DNA from: a virus
Lineage: Duplodnaviria > Heunggongvirae > Uroviricota > Caudoviricetes
Length of the DNA: 64,000 nt
Direction: 5' to 3' (one strand)
Virus record (IMG/VR): IMGVR_UViG_2778261667_000017
Shown here: positions 1 to 8,485 of the stretch, piece by piece
Position numbering within the stretch: position 1 is the first letter of the stretch
Layout: every line of letters begins with the position of its first letter
The notes under the pieces: model-generated
What the model saw: only the letters and a program-made list of their open reading frames with translations
Told to the model about the DNA's origin: nothing
Databases searched by the model: none
Made by a program: the position numbers and the translations under genes

Positions 1-1128
1 TCACAACGCTACTTTGATCCATCCTTTGCCTCGATCGTCATGATAACGATCGGTTTGCTGTTGTGTTTTATGACCAAGTAGTTTTTGTGTATCTAACCCC
101 TGTTCTTTGTACAGACGTTCAGATAAAGACCTTTGTTCATGGAATGTGGCAGGTGAACCTTCCCCCCAATCAATTCCTGCTAGATCCCTCGCTTTACTGA
201 AATTCATCGTCAATGTATTGGATTTAACCTGCGCGCCACGTTCGGCCTGTGAAGTAGTACGGAAAAAATGTACTAAGTATGGGCTGACTGCGTAGTCACG
301 GCAGCGGGCTACTACATCGCGTAAACTCCAGTTAATCGCGTTGAGACGAAGAGAAAGAGGAATTGCGATTTTGCTCCCGGTCTTTTCCTGAATGATATGG
401 AGATGATCATCCCAAATATCGCTAAATTTCATACGCGAGATATCACCTAACCTCTGACCGGTAACCAGTGCTAACAGCATGGCATTCCCCATATAACGAT
501 GACTGGCATCTGCGATATCAAAGATTTTTTGCCATTCTTCAAGGCTTAACCGTTGTCGGGTAATTTTTCTTCTGGGCTGTTTGGTCGCTAATGCTGGATT
601 ATAGCCAGGAGGGACCTCCCCATAGTGTTGTGCCTCCTTGAATACATCAATTAGAACGGAGCGGACTACTTGCGCCATCCTCGGTTGCCCAGCAGTGATA
701 TACTCGTCAAGCAATTGTGCTATATCCCTTACATCAACGGATGAAATTAACTTCATTCCTGCTCGTTCCCTGAGCAAGGATACTGGTTTGGCTTTCTGTT
801 TATAGGTGTTGAGCTTTATATCGCCACTTTTCAGTCTGTCATCCTGGATTGCTTGATAGCGATCTAACCAGGTTGACGTTGTGATTGCTTTTCCTTTGCT
901 GGTTGCGATCCTGTCACTGATAGCCAGAATCTGCCGGGTTCTTTGCTCAGCCAGGCGTGTATTGGCCTCAGTGGCAATAGCAATGGCTTCAGCTTCGTTT
1001 GCGCCCAAAGAATGAAACTTCCCGGTCACTGGATGCTTATATCGCCAATAGACTTTATTTACTTTTCTGCTATAGAGCGGATACAAGTTCGGGACTGAGA
1101 CATTATTTTTACGTGGTCTGGCTGCCAT
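1..1128 (-). CDS. int: Tyrosine integrase (e14 IntE-like), 375 aa
   Basis: 375-aa ORF; lambdoid integrase N-terminus and C-terminal catalytic region (HxxR...Y); sits at prophage end with xis upstream. Confidence 0.9.
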   Translation of the reverse strand: MAARPRKNNVSVPNLYPLYSRKVNKVYWRYKHPVTGKFHSLGANEAEAIAIATEANTRLAEQRTRQILAISDRIATSKGKAITTSTWLDRYQAIQDDRLKSGDIKLNTYKQKAKPVSLLRERAGMKLISSVDVRDIAQLLDEYITAGQPRMAQVVRSVLIDVFKEAQHYGEVPPGYNPALATKQPRRKITRQRLSLEEWQKIFDIADASHRYMGNAMLLALVTGQRLGDISRMKFSDIWDDHLHIIQEKTGSKIAIPLSLRLNAINWSLRDVVARCRDYAVSPYLVHFFRTTSQAERGAQVKSNTLTMNFSKARDLAGIDWGEGSPATFHEQRSLSERLYKEQGLDTQKLLGHKTQQQTDRYHDDRGKGWIKVAL

Positions 1129-1354
1129 TACTTAAAATCCTTTGTAGAATAATAGAATCACTTTTCTTGATGACAGGAGTAACTAATTCCCCAACTAACT
1201 CTGCGTCCTCACGTACTCGCCAGAGTCGACCTTGTTTCATTGCTGGTGGACAAAATAAATTCTGCTTAGCATAACGACGCAATGTGGACACACTTGGAGG
1301 ATTACTCCTAAATTTTTCCGCAGCCCATTCCTCAAGTGTCAGCATTTGAAGCAT
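1109..1354 (-). CDS. xis: Excisionase, about 81 aa
   Basis: Small ORF overlapping int start; Xis-like motif (TLEEW...RRYAKQ...PPA.K.GR.W); start chosen at internal ATG with GAGG 9 nt upstream. Confidence 0.75.
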   Translation of the reverse strand: MLQMLTLEEWAAEKFRSNPPSVSTLRRYAKQNLFCPPAMKQGRLWRVREDAELVGELVTPVIKKSDSIILQRILSNGSQTT

Positions 1355-1409
1355 TTTTGATAACCTCATTTCTTTTGCTACAAAACTATTTCACTAGTTA
1401 ATTTCGCTG

Positions 1410-1946
1410 TCAGGATTGTTTATGTATCTTATGCAGCTCTTTAAATCGTTCCATAAACATTCCGTAGGCATGACCCGGTGCCAGTGGAATCACTTTGAAC
1501 ATCTCTGTTGCCGGGATACCTTCCAGTACAGGCCAGAAAGAGCCATCATCAAGTCCGAGATCGCGGCGTTCGGTTGCCAGCATGATGAGATCGGCATATT
1601 TCACGGGCGTACTCATAACTGGGGGTAACCCGTATTTCTCACGGATTACGGCGTCTATTTTTTCTTCCATCCGTTTATAGTCAGGAAGAAGGTGTTTCAG
1701 TGGTGCGGGGATGTCCTGGCAATATGCTTCTGTTGCATCATGCATTAACGCTTCAAAAGCAAATTCCTGCGGTACCAGCTGGCTGCAAAGCACCGCATGT
1801 TGGGCGACGCTGTAGAAGTGTGAAAGATGTCCTGCAAAACGACAGATATTTGAAAGGGAAACCGCGATATCGTTAATAACGATGTCATCTTTATTTATCT
1901 TGTCATAATAAAAATGCTTCCCGGAAAAAGTTTTAATAAATGACAT
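1410..1946 (-). CDS. yfdR: HD-domain phosphohydrolase, YfdR-like, 178 aa
   Basis: H...HD motif (ALMHDATEAY); N-terminus MSFIKTFSGKHFYYD as remembered for CPS-53 YfdR. Confidence 0.8.
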   Translation of the reverse strand: MSFIKTFSGKHFYYDKINKDDIVINDIAVSLSNICRFAGHLSHFYSVAQHAVLCSQLVPQEFAFEALMHDATEAYCQDIPAPLKHLLPDYKRMEEKIDAVIREKYGLPPVMSTPVKYADLIMLATERRDLGLDDGSFWPVLEGIPATEMFKVIPLAPGHAYGMFMERFKELHKIHKQS

Positions 1947-2073
1947 TTTGTTCTCCACGTATATGCCCTGCACCGCGCTGAATTCTGGTAAAAAGAATCC
2001 CTTACCATCCGGCGATTATTGAGTAAATTACGTTTCCATAAATGCCCCCGCAGGGGCATTTGCAGTAATGAAA

Positions 2074-2898
2074 TCAGGCGGTGAAAGTACCAATAAAGGT
2101 TTCTACTTTGCTGTCTTTGAATTTCTCAACAAGCAGATCACGAAATTCGTTAGCCATTTCTTCCTGGACTGCTTCCAACTGAATAATGCGCAGAACCAGT
2201 ACAGGACGATCGCCAGTGATAATGCTGAGGCGTAATTTAAACGGACGTTCTTTCAGACCTTCAAACGGAACGCATTTAAATTCAAATGCCACTGGCATAA
2301 TATCTTTGGTCTTCGCTTCGACAGACTCCATCAGGGAGCGTTTTCCGCTGAAGTCATTATCTTCAAAATCAGCGGTCTGGTTTGCTTCAATCGTGATTTT
2401 ACGGACAGCCGCAGCCGCTTTTGTTGCCTGAATAGCGTCACCATTAGCATCAAAGCCTACAAGGTAGTCGGCCCAGTCTTCAATCCATTCTGCCAGTGAC
2501 TTCTGGGAGTTACGCTCGCCATTAACAGACAACAGAGCAGAGAACGGTGCTGTCTTTTTCAGTTTGAGAGTGGCGGTGTTATCTGCATGACCAGGTTCAT
2601 CAATAGTGCCTAGGTTAAGCACACTGACGGCTCGCATATTATCGGCATCGATAAAGCAGCGGGTGCCTTCATCTGCAAGATCTTTAGAATAACGGGTAAA
2701 GTCATCGATGCTGGCAGTGGAAAGCGCACCACGGAAACGGAAGCGATTTAAATTAAATTTTTCCAGATCATGAATGCGGAAATTTTCAGGTAATGCCACT
2801 GCGTCGGCACCAATCTTACTGATAATTTCATTAACACCCTGAGCAGAAATAAGGGCATGGATTTGATTAATTGCGGTTGCGTCTAAGTTCTGAGACAT
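2074..2898 (-). CDS. yfdQ: YfdQ-like protein (DUF2303), 274 aa
   Basis: 274-aa ORF matching remembered YfdQ length and sequence; conserved order yfdP-yfdQ-yfdR. Confidence 0.8.
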   Translation of the reverse strand: MSQNLDATAINQIHALISAQGVNEIISKIGADAVALPENFRIHDLEKFNLNRFRFRGALSTASIDDFTRYSKDLADEGTRCFIDADNMRAVSVLNLGTIDEPGHADNTATLKLKKTAPFSALLSVNGERNSQKSLAEWIEDWADYLVGFDANGDAIQATKAAAAVRKITIEANQTADFEDNDFSGKRSLMESVEAKTKDIMPVAFEFKCVPFEGLKERPFKLRLSIITGDRPVLVLRIIQLEAVQEEMANEFRDLLVEKFKDSKVETFIGTFTA

Positions 2899-2963
2899 AA
2901 TAAGTCCTCACTATATAAAGATATTCAGTGATGAGGTAAATAATCAGTTAATTAAGAACGATA

Positions 2964-3326
2964 TTAATAACCTGCTGCGCGGAGTTTTCCGTCAGGTTCA
3001 CCGGCAAGAGTCAGTAATTGTCCCTGGTCTTCCTGCAGAATAGTCAGGCGACCACCGCGATTGACATACATCGGCGTTTCGGTGGTGTCTTCTTCGGAAA
3101 TTTTCCCGCGGTTAGTCGGGCGAACATATGAGAGTTTGTGTTTGATTTTCACACGGTTCTCATCAAATGGTTCGATTTCCAGGTTGAGTGAGACCTTACC
3201 TTTGGTTTTCGTGTTCATCACACCGGAAGCGACTTCACTGAGAACTGCACCGATTTTGGTTTCAAATACGCCGCCGTCCAGCTCCCCGATAAATGCCTGC
3301 ACATCAGTACTGCGTTCGCTAGCCAT
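2964..3326 (-). CDS. yfdP: YfdP-like protein, 120 aa
   Basis: Internal ATG (MASERSTD...) preceded by GAGGAG at 7-nt spacing; longer ORF-track N-terminus lies in the structured GC-rich region. Confidence 0.7.
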   Translation of the reverse strand: MASERSTDVQAFIGELDGGVFETKIGAVLSEVASGVMNTKTKGKVSLNLEIEPFDENRVKIKHKLSYVRPTNRGKISEEDTTETPMYVNRGGRLTILQEDQGQLLTLAGEPDGKLRAAGY

Positions 3327-3339
3327 TTTGCTGCTCCTC

Positions 3340-3790
3340 ATCATATCGACCCTGCAAGGCCGGTTGGTTTCTCCACAAAACAGAGAAGAACACCTGCGGT
3401 GGCAGCCGCCCGGATGGATTGGGTTATGAGCCCGTCGTCCGGTGATGCTCTTCTCTGTTTTGTAAAAAGGACGGTACCAGCCGGAAGCAAGGGTACAAGC
3501 TGGTACCGCCAAGACTACACACAGCATAAAGTTGTGGTGCCGGGCGCCTCCCGGTGCCTAGCGAAGGTTGCACACCAGGCGGGTGGGTATCCACAGAAGG
3601 TCGACTGTCAGCCTCAACCTTTACCCGCGTGCGCTGAGCCGCATTCACCACAACGCTAAGGATTCTCTCTGGTTGAAAATACTTAGCTGTTATGTGCCTG
3701 CTTTTAGCCACATCAGGCGAGGTGGACCTGGTTATTCCCCAACAACAAGGATTCGGTTAATCTGGTTATCCCCAACAACGCAAAAGGAAA
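3340..3790. other. GC-rich structured non-coding region with nested inverted repeats and two direct repeats; candidate ncRNA or early-left promoter region
   Basis: Perfect 15-bp inverted repeat 3375-3389/3449-3463; 10-bp inverted repeat 3472-3481/3499-3508; direct repeats ctggttat(t)ccccaacaac at 3728-3747 and 3762-3780; overlapping ORFs here have non-protein-like composition. Confidence 0.4.
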
Positions 3791-3794
3791 AGAA

Positions 3795-4229
3795 ATGTCC
3801 GGTAATATCTATACGCTGTACAAATCCCACTGTGAAAATGTTGGAAAGTATCGGGGCATTGAAATCAGTGGGGTAGTGTCATCAGTCGAAATAAGCAAAG
3901 TTGAATCAAGGGCAACATTACTTACTCTTCTGGACCTTGTCTTACATGAGCACCGGAAGAAATTCGGCACTCCCTATAATCAGTTGAATGGGAAAAAGGC
4001 TCTGGTTCACCTTATTCTGATGAAGCATCACTGGATGCCAAAACAGATTAATGAGATGAAATTTGATGAACTTCTTCTTTCAATTCAGGATGAACTCACA
4101 CTTGATAAAATAAGCGTAACCGCCCAGAAATTTTTAGATTATCGAGACTGGAGATCACAAATTCATCACTTTGATGATTTTGACGAAAATGAATGGGATC
4201 CTAATTTGTCTGCACAATATCTAAAGTAA
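3795..4229 (+). CDS. Hypothetical protein, 144 aa
   Basis: ORF with AAGGA-type RBS about 8 nt upstream; protein-like composition; no recognisable family. Confidence 0.6.
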   Translation: MSGNIYTLYKSHCENVGKYRGIEISGVVSSVEISKVESRATLLTLLDLVLHEHRKKFGTPYNQLNGKKALVHLILMKHHWMPKQINEMKFDELLLSIQDELTLDKISVTAQKFLDYRDWRSQIHHFDDFDENEWDPNLSAQYLK

Positions 4230-4407
4230 CATCCTGTGATAAAACCGTGATTTCCTGATCCAGTTTTTTTAAGGAGTCTATTGTTTTCTGTCGATAAGAC
4301 AGCACTTCACGAAGCTGGTTTATAGCTGCCAGCTTCTTTGCCATCCACTCGTAAATTTCCTCATTTGTGTATCCGGGCGCGACGATTTTTGGTTCTGTTT
4401 TGTGCAT
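4201..4407 (-). CDS. Hypothetical small protein, 68 aa, predicted helical
   Basis: ATG preceded by GAGGAGG at 6-nt spacing; convergent with the 144-aa gene, 3' ends overlap by 29 nt. Confidence 0.55.
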   Translation of the reverse strand: MHKTEPKIVAPGYTNEEIYEWMAKKLAAINQLREVLSYRQKTIDSLKKLDQEITVLSQDVTLDIVQTN

Positions 4408-4467
4408 TTCACACCTCCTCAAGTTATCAGTTACTTGTTGATGGGGACCAGATTGTTAAAGAGCTAA

Positions 4468-4497
4468 GCGTCCTGTAGGGCGCTTTTTTGTTGCTAA
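4468..4497 (+). terminator. Putative rho-independent terminator
   Basis: Imperfect hairpin (aagcgtcc...gggcgctt) followed by T-run ttttttgtt. Confidence 0.35.
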
Positions 4498-4565
4498 CGA
4501 ATCATCCTGGACTTCATATGCCCCAGGCGGCTACTTCGTGGGCGTCCTGCCTGTTTGTTGTTTTT

Positions 4566-4620
4566 AACACCTTTAAGTTGTAATTTAGTTGTGATTTTGA
4601 ACATTGTCAACAACTTTATG
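4566..4620. promoter_or_regulatory. Operator-like motifs shared with the cI-cro intergenic region (putative OL-type site)
   Basis: aacacctttaagttgtaa (4566-4583) and gtcaacaactttatg (4606-4620) match aacacctaaaagttgtga (6286-6303) and ttacaactttatg (6261-6273). Confidence 0.55.
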
Positions 4621-4673
4621 TGGTTTGAACGTGTAGTCAAGGAGTGCAAGGATTATCAAAAAAAGGAGGTTGT

Positions 4674-5564
4674 ATGGAAGACGCGCTTTACGCTTTTAAT
4701 TACACACAGAACCGGGACAAGTTATTTGCTAACTTGATTAGCATCATTGATGGAATCATTGCAGATGGAGTTGTCCGTGAAGAGGAGGTTCTTTACTTAG
4801 ATACATGGTTACTTGAAGCAAAGCAGATTATCAATAATGGAGTTATAAAAAGTCTATCAGCACGGGTGTCGGATATTCTTGCGGATGGAATAATCACATC
4901 AGAAGAACGTGATGACCTTAAAAATAGCCTTCTCCAAATACAGAGGGAAATTCTTGATATCCCTGAAATTGATTTTTACTCCAAGGATGTAGATGTCCAT
5001 TTACTTAATGGACTATGTAAAGGATTAATTGCTGATCGGAACTTAACTCAAGAAGAAATAAGATATCTTAATTGGTGGCTTGAGCAAAATGGAGCTTTGA
5101 AGAACAACTACCCAGGAAAAAAACTTTATGCACTTGTAAAGGAAATTCTTAAAGATGGGGTTATTACTGAAGATGAGAGTTTAACTCTACATAAGGCATT
5201 AGTAGACTTCACAGGATGTGACTTGGAAAGTGGGGTGGTGGATGGTTTGGCGACCAGGCTGCCTATTGATGTAGGGGCTTCGATAGAGTTAGAGGGTAAA
5301 ACCTATTGTCTTACAGGCACTTTTGTTGCAGGAAAGAGAGCCGTAGTTGAAAATTTGATTAAAAATGCTGGTGGGAACATCAGTAGTGGAATTACTCAAA
5401 AGTTGGATTTTTTAGTAATTGGGACGCTTTCCTCCCGTGATTGGAAATTCTCAAGTCACGGAAGGAAGATCGAAAAAGCTATATCTTATAGGGATGATAA
5501 TGGTGCAAAACTTAAAATTATTTCTGAAGAAATGCTTTTCGATGCATTACCAAGTTCGCGATGA
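4674..5564 (+). CDS. BRCT-domain protein with four N-terminal helical repeats, 296 aa
   Basis: AAGGAGG RBS 4 nt upstream of ATG; C-terminus GKTYCLTGTF...KLDFLVIG...KLKIISEEMLFDAL fits the BRCT pattern of NAD-ligase C-termini; four repeats of about 35 aa with D-G-[IV]-[IV]-x-x-E-E signature. Confidence 0.75.
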   Translation: MEDALYAFNYTQNRDKLFANLISIIDGIIADGVVREEEVLYLDTWLLEAKQIINNGVIKSLSARVSDILADGIITSEERDDLKNSLLQIQREILDIPEIDFYSKDVDVHLLNGLCKGLIADRNLTQEEIRYLNWWLEQNGALKNNYPGKKLYALVKEILKDGVITEDESLTLHKALVDFTGCDLESGVVDGLATRLPIDVGASIELEGKTYCLTGTFVAGKRAVVENLIKNAGGNISSGITQKLDFLVIGTLSSRDWKFSSHGRKIEKAISYRDDNGAKLKIISEEMLFDALPSSR

Positions 5565-6233
5565 CCAGAATACCCTACCTATAACATGAATTCTGGCTCG
5601 TCTATCTTCAAAGGTGAGTATTTCATCTGGGTACTCATCTTTGTTGAAGCTTCTAAGAATCAAGCCACCGTCAGGTAAGTTGATAAGTATTTTAACCCTT
5701 AGCAATACACCATCTCGTACGGCATAAAGATCGCCATCACGAATAGGAATGGTTTGAGAAATATCAACGGCAACAAGATCTCCATTATTGAGAACCGGTA
5801 ATAAACTGTTCCCCCATATTTTTACGATCTTGGCATTAGATGCACATACGCCAGATTTTCTCAAATCTGCTCTTCTTAACGGAAACCAGTCAATAGCTGA
5901 TTCAACTATTTCAGCCAGACATCCGTTACCTGCCGATAACTCGACATCTAAAACAGGAATGTTTACGAAAATATCGGGGTCTAATGCGGTGCTTTCTGCT
6001 TCTTTTACAACAAGATCAGGTATGGATGCGTTGTCTTCAATACCAAGTTGTAACCACTTTTGTGATACACCTAAAACTTTTGCAATTTCTTTAATTTTGC
6101 GCGGTTGTAGAGTTTCGCCATTCTCTATTTTGGCTACAGATTGTTGTGAAAGTCCAATTTTTTCAGCTAGTTGAGCTTGGCTCATGCCAGCTTTCTCTCT
6201 ACCTATCTTTAATCGTTCTGCCAGTGTTTTCAC
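5547..6233 (-). CDS. cI: CI-type repressor (XRE HTH + S24 LexA-like peptidase), 228 aa
   Basis: N-terminal HTH (MSQAQLAEKIGLSQQSVAKIENG), C-terminal S24 autopeptidase motifs; divergent from cro. Confidence 0.9.
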   Translation of the reverse strand: MKTLAERLKIGREKAGMSQAQLAEKIGLSQQSVAKIENGETLQPRKIKEIAKVLGVSQKWLQLGIEDNASIPDLVVKEAESTALDPDIFVNIPVLDVELSAGNGCLAEIVESAIDWFPLRRADLRKSGVCASNAKIVKIWGNSLLPVLNNGDLVAVDISQTIPIRDGDLYAVRDGVLLRVKILINLPDGGLILRSFNKDEYPDEILTFEDRRARIHVIGRVFWSSRTW

Positions 6234-6368
6234 AACATATCCCTCTCTTTTTTGATGAGGTTACAACTTTATGTTTTAGCTTTCCAACACCTAAAAGTTG
6301 TGATAAAAGTTGTTAATGTTGTATTCTTGCAACTCGTAACAACTTAACTACCTAAAAAGGAGAAAGCT
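6234..6368. promoter_or_regulatory. cI-cro intergenic operator/promoter region (OR-like)
   Basis: Divergent genes; repeated ACAACTTT/AAAGTTGT half-sites at 6261-6345. Confidence 0.65.
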
Positions 6369-6617
6369 ATGACACCTGAGCAATTAGCCTTATCGGAGGC
6401 AATCGCTCTGGCTGGTGGTCAATCAGAATTGGCTCGGAAGCTCACAGCCAGCAGCGGTCATTTAGTAAAGCAACAACATGTCTGGAACTGGTTGAACAGA
6501 GAAAAGCGTCCCCCTGCAAAGCTCTCGATATTCATTGAAAAGACCACTGGCATATCAAAAGAAAAATTACGTCCAGATATTTTTCAAAAGATTAAAGATT
6601 CATCAGATGAAAAGTAA
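6369..6617 (+). CDS. cro: Cro-like HTH regulator, 82 aa
   Basis: Small HTH protein divergent from cI; AGGAG RBS. Confidence 0.8.
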   Translation: MTPEQLALSEAIALAGGQSELARKLTASSGHLVKQQHVWNWLNREKRPPAKLSIFIEKTTGISKEKLRPDIFQKIKDSSDEK

Positions 6618-6639
6618 CCACAGTTTTAAGGAGATAGCC

Positions 6640-7197
6640 GTGGGTAAGCATCACTGGAAAGTAGAAAAACAGCCTAAGTGGTACGTGAAAGCTGTCAGAA
6701 AAACTATCGCAGCGTTGCCGGGGGGTTACGCTGAAGCAGCTGACTGGCTGGATGTAACAGAGAACGCATTATTTAATCGCCTTCGTGCCGATGGCGATCA
6801 AATTTTCCCGCTGGGATGGGCAATGATTTTACAACGTGCTGGTGGCACTCACTTCATTGCTGACGCTGTGGCGCAGTCTGCAAATGGCGTCTTTGTGTCT
6901 CTTCCTGACGTCGAGGATGTGGACAACGCCGATATTAACCAGCGTCTGCTGGAAGTCATTGAACAGATCGGCAGTTATTCAAAACAGATTCGTTCAGCAA
7001 TCGAAGACGGTGTAGTGGAACCGCATGAGAAGACAGCAATTAACGACGAGCTGTACCTCTCAATTTCGAAGCTGCAGGAGCATGCAGCACTTGTCTACAA
7101 AATTTTTTGCATTTCAGAAAGTAATGACGCCCGCGAGTGTGCAGCTCCGGGCGTCGTGGCGTCGATTGCTTCTGGTTGTGGAGAAACTAACGCATGA
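6640..7197 (+). CDS. CII/YdaT-like regulator, about 185 aa (GTG start)
   Basis: Position immediately after cro; AAGGAG 6 nt upstream of GTG at 6640; family assignment tentative. Confidence 0.55.
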   Translation: MGKHHWKVEKQPKWYVKAVRKTIAALPGGYAEAADWLDVTENALFNRLRADGDQIFPLGWAMILQRAGGTHFIADAVAQSANGVFVSLPDVEDVDNADINQRLLEVIEQIGSYSKQIRSAIEDGVVEPHEKTAINDELYLSISKLQEHAALVYKIFCISESNDARECAAPGVVASIASGCGETNA

Positions 7198-7532
7198 ACA
7201 GTTTAACAACACACTACCGTCGCTCGCAACTGATTGCGCTTCCTGTACCGGGTGGAAAAGCGAAGGTGGAGTATTGCTATGCAGTGAATGTACCAGGTGA
7301 CAGGGAAATTGTAACCCACAGCTTTGCTGAGTGGGCTGTGGGTGATTTCAACCGGCAGAAGGAGACAGTCCTTTGCGACAAGTTAACCGCTGGTTCAAAG
7401 ATCACTACGGAGTGCCCGTCAGAGTCATTCGTTGGGAGCCGGAAACACAACGGGTTATCTACCTCCGTGAAGGCTATGAGCATGAGTGCTTCAGCCCGCT
7501 CGAACAGTTTCGTCGTAAATTCAGGGAAATAG
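7194..7532 (+). CDS. Hypothetical protein; frame uncertain in 3' half
   Basis: ORF-track frame is protein-like only in its first half; an alternative frame 7373-7552 reads more protein-like. Confidence 0.3.
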   Translation: MNSLTTHYRRSQLIALPVPGGKAKVEYCYAVNVPGDREIVTHSFAEWAVGDFNRQKETVLCDKLTAGSKITTECPSESFVGSRKHNGLSTSVKAMSMSASARSNSFVVNSGK

Positions 7533-7541
7533 AGGTCGGTC

Positions 7542-8483
7542 ATGAGCACTAAATTAACCGGCTATGTATGGGATGGTTGCGCAGCGTCAGGCATGAAATT
7601 ATCCAGCGTGGCAATTATGGCCCGCCTGGCTGATTTCAGTAATGACGAAGGTGTGTGCTGGCCATCAATTGAAACTATTGCCCGTCAGATTGGCGCGGGG
7701 ATGAGTACCGTCAGGACGGCTATCGCACGGCTGGAAGCAGAAGGCTGGTTAACGCGTAAGGCGCGTCGCCAGGGTAACCGCAATGCGTCGAATGTTTATC
7801 AGCTTAACGTTGCGAAGCTTCAGGCAGCGGCATTTTCTCAACTGTCAGATTCTGACCCGTCAAAATCTGACGCATCAAAATCTGACCCGTCAAAATTTGA
7901 TGCGTCGAAATCTGGCAAAAAAGCGGGTTTTCACCCGTCAGAATCTGGCGGGGATCCGTCAGTAAAATCAAAACATGATCCGTCAGATAAAAAACCTTCT
8001 CGTCCGGACGCTTCGCAACCGGACACGCAGACGGATGAACAGGATTTTTTAACTCGCCATCCTGATGCGGTTGTATTCAGCCCTAAAAAGCGCCAGTGGG
8101 GGACGCAGGATGATTTGACCTGCGCACAGTGGCTTTGGAAAAAAATCATCGCCCTGTACGAGCAGGCCGCCGAATGTGACGGCGAGGTGGTTCGTCCCAA
8201 AGAACCTAACTGGACAGCCTGGGCAAACGAAATTCGCCTGATGTGTGTGCAGGATGGTCGTACTCACAAACAAATCTGCGAGATGTACAGCCGCGTCAGC
8301 CGCGATCCGTTCTGGTGCCGTAACGTGCTCAGCCCGTCGAAGTTGCGGGAAAAATGGGATGAGCTTTCCCTGCGCTTATCGCCGTCCGTCAGCACGCACA
8401 CAGAAAAACGTGAAGACCCGTACTTCAAAGCCAGTTACGACAACGTGGACTACAGCCAGATCCCGGCAGGATTTAGGGGGTGA
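7542..8483 (+). CDS. Replication initiator (winged-helix N-domain, lambda O-like C-terminal domain), 313 aa
   Basis: C-terminal region resembles the lambda O C-terminus also present at 48752-49651; internal iterons. Confidence 0.7.
   Translation: MSTKLTGYVWDGCAASGMKLSSVAIMARLADFSNDEGVCWPSIETIARQIGAGMSTVRTAIARLEAEGWLTRKARRQGNRNASNVYQLNVAKLQAAAFSQLSDSDPSKSDASKSDPSKFDASKSGKKAGFHPSESGGDPSVKSKHDPSDKKPSRPDASQPDTQTDEQDFLTRHPDAVVFSPKKRQWGTQDDLTCAQWLWKKIIALYEQAAECDGEVVRPKEPNWTAWANEIRLMCVQDGRTHKQICEMYSRVSRDPFWCRNVLSPSKLREKWDELSLRLSPSVSTHTEKREDPYFKASYDNVDYSQIPAGFRG
7845..7995. repeat. Iteron array inside the replication gene (putative ori)
   Basis: Seven degenerate copies of ccgtca(a/g)aatctg(a/g) followed by an A-rich stretch; encodes SKSDASKSDPSKFDASKSG linker. 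Confidence 0.55.
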
Positions 8484-8485
8484 TC

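Noticed and set aside
3340-3790. Retron msr/msd ncRNA hypothesis for the structured region
   Set aside because: No reverse transcriptase gene nearby, and the 15-bp inverted repeat encloses only about 59 nt, too short for a typical msr-msd.
3399-3876. Three overlapping ORFs (3399-3659 +, 3424-3711 -, 3568-3876 +) in the GC-rich structured region
   Set aside because: Translations are Arg/Pro/Gly-rich and low-complexity, the ORFs mutually overlap, and the DNA is dominated by inverted repeats; more likely non-coding.
7845-7995. Possible CRISPR array (short direct repeats)
   Set aside because: Repeats are degenerate, contiguous without unique spacers, lie inside a protein-coding gene and resemble origin iterons; the same applies to 49100-49230 and 51674-51718.
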